Shown: positions 60,343 to 64,000 of the stretch, piece by piece | Numbering within the stretch: position 1 is the first letter of the stretch | Layout: every line of letters begins with the position of its first letter | Source: a virus | Taxonomy: Duplodnaviria; Caudoviricetes | DNA: 64,000 nt | Virus record (IMG/VR): IMGVR_UViG_3300029305_005387 | Strand: one strand, 5' to 3' | Position numbers and translations under genes: made by a program | Notes under the pieces: model-generated | The model's input: only the letters and a program-made list of their open reading frames with translations | What the model was told of the DNA's origin: nothing | Databases searched by the model: none

Positions 60343-61524
60343 ATGGAAAAGAAAATTGTAATCGTAGGCGTAGGTAACTGTGGTTCCCAGATCGCAAATC
60401 TAGCAGAAAGAAAATATCCAGAGCTATTTGACTGTATTTATATCAATAGCTCAGAAGCAGATCTTGCTATGGTACAGTGTGAAAATCCTAAACTAAAATT
60501 CAAAATTGGTAACAAAGATGAAATTGAAGGTTCTGGTAAAAATCGTACAAAGATGAAAGAATATCTAATGAACGATATCAACGGAATTCTGGGTAATGAA
60601 GATCTTCAGGATTGTATTTGTGAAAAGAAATATGCATTCATTTGCACAAGTGCAGCTGGTGGTACAGGTTCTGGTGCAGCTCCAGTTCTTATGGAGTTAC
60701 TAAGACAGATGTTCCCTGATACTAACTTTATTCTTGTAGGTGTATTACCTCAGCTCAATGCTTCTCTTATGGAACAGGGCAATGCACTTGAATTCCTTAC
60801 AGAACTCTATGATGTGCTTGGTGAAGGAACTACTTATATGCTTTATGATAACGAGTCAACAGCTGATCTTCCTCCTACCAAGGCTCTTGAAGTAGTAAAT
60901 GAAAATATCGTTGAAGATATTCATGCCCTTACAGGTGTTGATAATTACCCAACACCATACGAAAGCATTGACGAAGCGGATATGGAATCTATCATCACTA
61001 CTCCTGGTCGTCTTTTGGTAGTACGTATTAACAGCGGCCTTACTGAAAAGACCATGGAAGACAATAATCTTGATGAAATGATCGTTAAGGCAATTAAGAA
61101 ATCTTCCCATACAGAAACTGACCGTAATAAGAGAGTTGTACGTTGGGGTATTATCACATATTTCACTGACGAAGTAAACAAATTGTATGTTCCTAACTTG
61201 CAGGGATTGATTAATTTCATCGGAACACCTGTTGAACGTTTTAATCATAATGCGATTAATCAGCAGGCAGAGAGTCTCAACTTCCTTTATATGATTGCAA
61301 GTGGCCTTTCTCCTATCAATGATCGTGTTAAGAGAATTACTAACAAAATCGACGAATTAAAGAAAGCTCTTGCTAAGGATGAAACTAGTAAGTACATTCT
61401 TTCTGGTGAAGGTGCTTCTTATAACACCATGGAAGAAAGAAAGAAAGCTGATAGACGCAATCGTCAGGCAGGAACAGTTGATCCTCAGGCTATTTTCAAG
61501 AAATTCATGAATAAGAATGAATAA
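60343..61524 (+). CDS. tubulin/FtsZ-family GTPase (PhuZ/TubZ-like)
   Basis: VGVGNCG, GSGKNR, AAGGTGSG signature, YDN, IDEAD. Confidence 0.88.
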   Translation: MEKKIVIVGVGNCGSQIANLAERKYPELFDCIYINSSEADLAMVQCENPKLKFKIGNKDEIEGSGKNRTKMKEYLMNDINGILGNEDLQDCICEKKYAFICTSAAGGTGSGAAPVLMELLRQMFPDTNFILVGVLPQLNASLMEQGNALEFLTELYDVLGEGTTYMLYDNESTADLPPTKALEVVNENIVEDIHALTGVDNYPTPYESIDEADMESIITTPGRLLVVRINSGLTEKTMEDNNLDEMIVKAIKKSSHTETDRNKRVVRWGIITYFTDEVNKLYVPNLQGLINFIGTPVERFNHNAINQQAESLNFLYMIASGLSPINDRVKRITNKIDELKKALAKDETSKYILSGEGASYNTMEERKKADRRNRQAGTVDPQAIFKKFMNKNE

Positions 61525-61611
61525 TATCAAATGAATAGATGTATGGATAGCCCTTTTAAAAGGGCTATCCATACATACTGTTTCTTTAATAAAATCAAAG
61601 GAGGACTGTTT

Positions 61612-62925
61612 ATGTCAGTAAAAAAGATTGGCGAATCAGCTTTAAATGGATTAAAGAATCGAGCTGTTCGTGGTATTTTAAATCCAATCACTGGAATGGT
61701 TGATGAACAACTTACAGATATTACTACAACTATTGGTGCTTTCATTATCAGATCTATCAGAGGAAAGTTTCAAAGAAGCATCACGTTCACAGTTGGAGTT
61801 AATTATTCTGATAACTGGATGGAAGAAGCACTATATGGCGTTCTTTATGAACACAACAAGATCAAGACAAAGAGTAAGTTAGAATTAAGTAATAAAAAAG
61901 GAATTAATGATGGTACTGGTATGTATTATCGACTAGATGACGGTACACATAGTTTGAAATATCGTGATTACGATATTCTTCTATTTATTCAAACTAGAAG
62001 TCCACAATCTCCTACAGGTAGAGTTTCAACTGTCAGATCTTATACGATCATTTGTTATGATCTTAATCCTGAATTTGTAACACTGTTTGAAAAAGATATG
62101 ATCAGACACCGTAATGCATTACTTGAGATCAGAAAAGATTCTCCTACTGTAAATGTATATCAAGATCTTCATGAATCAGACGGTTACACTTATTGGGAGA
62201 AAGTACAAGCTATTACGAAGAGAAAACTTGATACTATTTATCTCCCTTATGAACAAAAGAAGTTATTAGTTGATACAATCAATACATTCTTTGCTTCAAG
62301 AGAAATGTATCAACAACACGGTATTCCTTGGAATCTTAAGATTCTACTTTATGGACCTCCTGGTACAGGTAAAAGTAGTATTGTCAAGATGATTGCTTCT
62401 GAGTGGAACCGTAATCTATTTGAATGTACAGGTGGCAAGAATGGTAAATTCATTCCAAACGCAATTACAGATCATGGTGACCAAATTATTCATCCTTTAT
62501 TCAGTATTTCAGACATTGATAAATATCCATCTCTTATTAATGAACCTGATATTGACATGAATAAAGAAAATGCAAAAGATGAAATGCTTGCATATAAACA
62601 GACATTTTCATCCATGATTAATGCATTAGATGGTATTCTTTCCGGTGAAGGAAGAATTATTATCATGACTACTAATCATATCGAAAAGTTTAGTCCAACT
62701 ATTCTTCGTCCTGGCAGAGTTGATTTAAAGATGGAAATTGGATATGTGACAGTAGACGTATTCAGAAAGTATGTTCATGATTTCTATCAAATTGATCTTC
62801 CAAAAGATATTAAACTCAATAGAAAAGACATCACAATTGCAGACATGCAATCAGACGTTGTATTTATGAGATTAACAGCCGAAGAATTCATTAAGAAGTA
62901 TACAAAAGCATCTAAAGATAAATAA
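61612..62925 (+). CDS. BCS1-like AAA+ ATPase
   Basis: LLYGPPGTGKSS, INALDG, MTTNH, LRPGRVD; start reassigned to ATG 61612 (GGAGG RBS; the upstream in-frame region is a terminator hairpin). Confidence 0.85.
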   Translation: MSVKKIGESALNGLKNRAVRGILNPITGMVDEQLTDITTTIGAFIIRSIRGKFQRSITFTVGVNYSDNWMEEALYGVLYEHNKIKTKSKLELSNKKGINDGTGMYYRLDDGTHSLKYRDYDILLFIQTRSPQSPTGRVSTVRSYTIICYDLNPEFVTLFEKDMIRHRNALLEIRKDSPTVNVYQDLHESDGYTYWEKVQAITKRKLDTIYLPYEQKKLLVDTINTFFASREMYQQHGIPWNLKILLYGPPGTGKSSIVKMIASEWNRNLFECTGGKNGKFIPNAITDHGDQIIHPLFSISDIDKYPSLINEPDIDMNKENAKDEMLAYKQTFSSMINALDGILSGEGRIIIMTTNHIEKFSPTILRPGRVDLKMEIGYVTVDVFRKYVHDFYQIDLPKDIKLNRKDITIADMQSDVVFMRLTAEEFIKKYTKASKDK

Positions 62926-63028
62926 TAAAATTATTAATAAAGATACGGAGGAAAATTCCTCCGTATCTTTATTTTTTATCGAGAAATTCACGGTCAGAAA
63001 AAAGCTCATTTTTTCGATTATATATTAC

Positions 63029-63111
63029 ATGTATAGACATGTATGTCGTACATGTACGTACTTCGTACGTTGTACGACTGAGTATATGCAGTGTTTCAAC
63101 ATGCTATACAT
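63029..63111 (+). ncRNA. putative small structured RNA
   Basis: Nested stems immediately after a TATATTAC promoter motif; no ORF. Confidence 0.5.
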
Positions 63112-63134
63112 ATAATAATTCTAGCCGGTATTTT

Positions 63135-64000
63135 TTAAACGATATACTTATTTTCTATAACAAATAATCTTCCTTTAATAGTAGAAATATCATCCATAAT
63201 CAGTTTAATCTGAGAATTAACTTCTGAACCAGGACCATTATTGATAGTTCTATTAATTAATTCTTTAATTTCAGATATTTCTTTTTTAACTTCTCTAAGA
63301 TCTTTAGAAGAAACTTTATCATCTAAAGAAGATCTTAATTCTGTAACATTACCTAATTTATTCAAACTTGATATAATAGTAGATACAGTTTTATTGATTT
63401 CATTAACTTCTGATCTATCAACAGTATCATTCAAGATCGATCTCAATGATTGAATATCATCAATGGTTAATTCAGGTAAATCAGATTTATCAAGCTTATC
63501 ACCTTTTACTACTAAACCCTTTTCATCAACAGTAAGTTTTGTAAAAGTACCAGATTTAATAGATTTATTCCTTTCAACCTTATTAGATAGAATCTGAATA
63601 ACTCCATCTAATGTTGACTGTAAAGCAGTTTTACCAATGATAGACTCAATTGTCTGAATTTTATTAATCAATTCAAGCGGTAAATCAGTTATTGATAAAT
63701 TTTCAGAATTAGTAACTCTACCATATTCATCAAATGAAATCTTACAACCTGTACCTGCTGTAATTATTTTTTCATCAACAGTAATCATCTCTGCTGAATT
63801 AGTTGAATTTTTCAAGTTTTCTAAAATGTTGGTTAAACCACTGATCTTGTTTATTGGTAATTCAGGGATATCTTCTACTGTCAAATCACTTACGGATGTA
63901 ACAATACCATTTTTATTAACATTGACTTTACATCCAGTAATATCAACTTCAGACCTAGTAAAATATGATTTAATTTCTTTTTTCAATTTTTCAATTTCAC
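63135..64000 (-). CDS. tail-fibre-like repeat protein, C-terminal part (5' end outside window)
   Basis: Repeats of GTxxKxTVDxxGxVT..L...DLP typical of phage fibres; frame is open to the window end. Confidence 0.65.
   Translation of the reverse strand, partial: EIEKLKKEIKSYFTRSEVDITGCKVNVNKNGIVTSVSDLTVEDIPELPINKISGLTNILENLKNSTNSAEMITVDEKIITAGTGCKISFDEYGRVTNSENLSITDLPLELINKIQTIESIIGKTALQSTLDGVIQILSNKVERNKSIKSGTFTKLTVDEKGLVVKGDKLDKSDLPELTIDDIQSLRSILNDTVDRSEVNEINKTVSTIISSLNKLGNVTELRSSLDDKVSSKDLREVKKEISEIKELINRTINNGPGSEVNSQIKLIMDDISTIKGRLFVIENKYIV

Noticed and set aside
61531-61611. Upstream start of the AAA ATPase at 61531
   Set aside because: The region is a terminator-like palindrome (gtatggatagcccttttaaaagggctatccatac); the RBS supports ATG 61612
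1-64000. Stop-codon reassignment, as in some gut jumbo phages
   Set aside because: Genes are long and densely packed under the standard code; the gene breaks are explained by introns

Overview
This is an AT-rich 64-kb segment of a jumbo phage of the phiKZ/AR9 (PBS1)-like type. The host is probably an anaerobic Firmicute, judging from AGGAGG RBSs, NrdG, and M23+CHAP+lysozyme domains on a tail protein. Core genes: partial SbcC/Rad50, multisubunit RNA polymerase beta and beta' subunits, a family-B DNA polymerase split into two genes about 25 kb apart, GyrB, primase, a FEN-like nuclease, a PhuZ/TubZ-type tubulin, a BCS1-like AAA ATPase and a 3221-aa tail protein with three peptidoglycan hydrolase domains. 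Three group I introns interrupt beta', gyrB and a 569-aa unknown gene; two carry HNH endonucleases and the three share mosaic sequence blocks. A diversity-generating retroelement (TR 28912-29025, RT 29211-30311) targets the C-terminus of a tail-fibre gene about 9 kb away on the opposite strand: all 13 TR/VR mismatches lie at TR adenines and no avd gene is visible. The best candidate for an undescribed system is a ~560-nt structured non-coding leader built from five covarying stem-ACAGCAA-loop-stem-AUG modules directly upstream of a TROVE/Ro60-like vWA (DUF2828-like) gene. Other notable items are a small orphan structured RNA, a bipartite early-promoter motif and an 11-nt tandem repeat array. 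All family assignments come from motifs recognised by eye; no searches were run.
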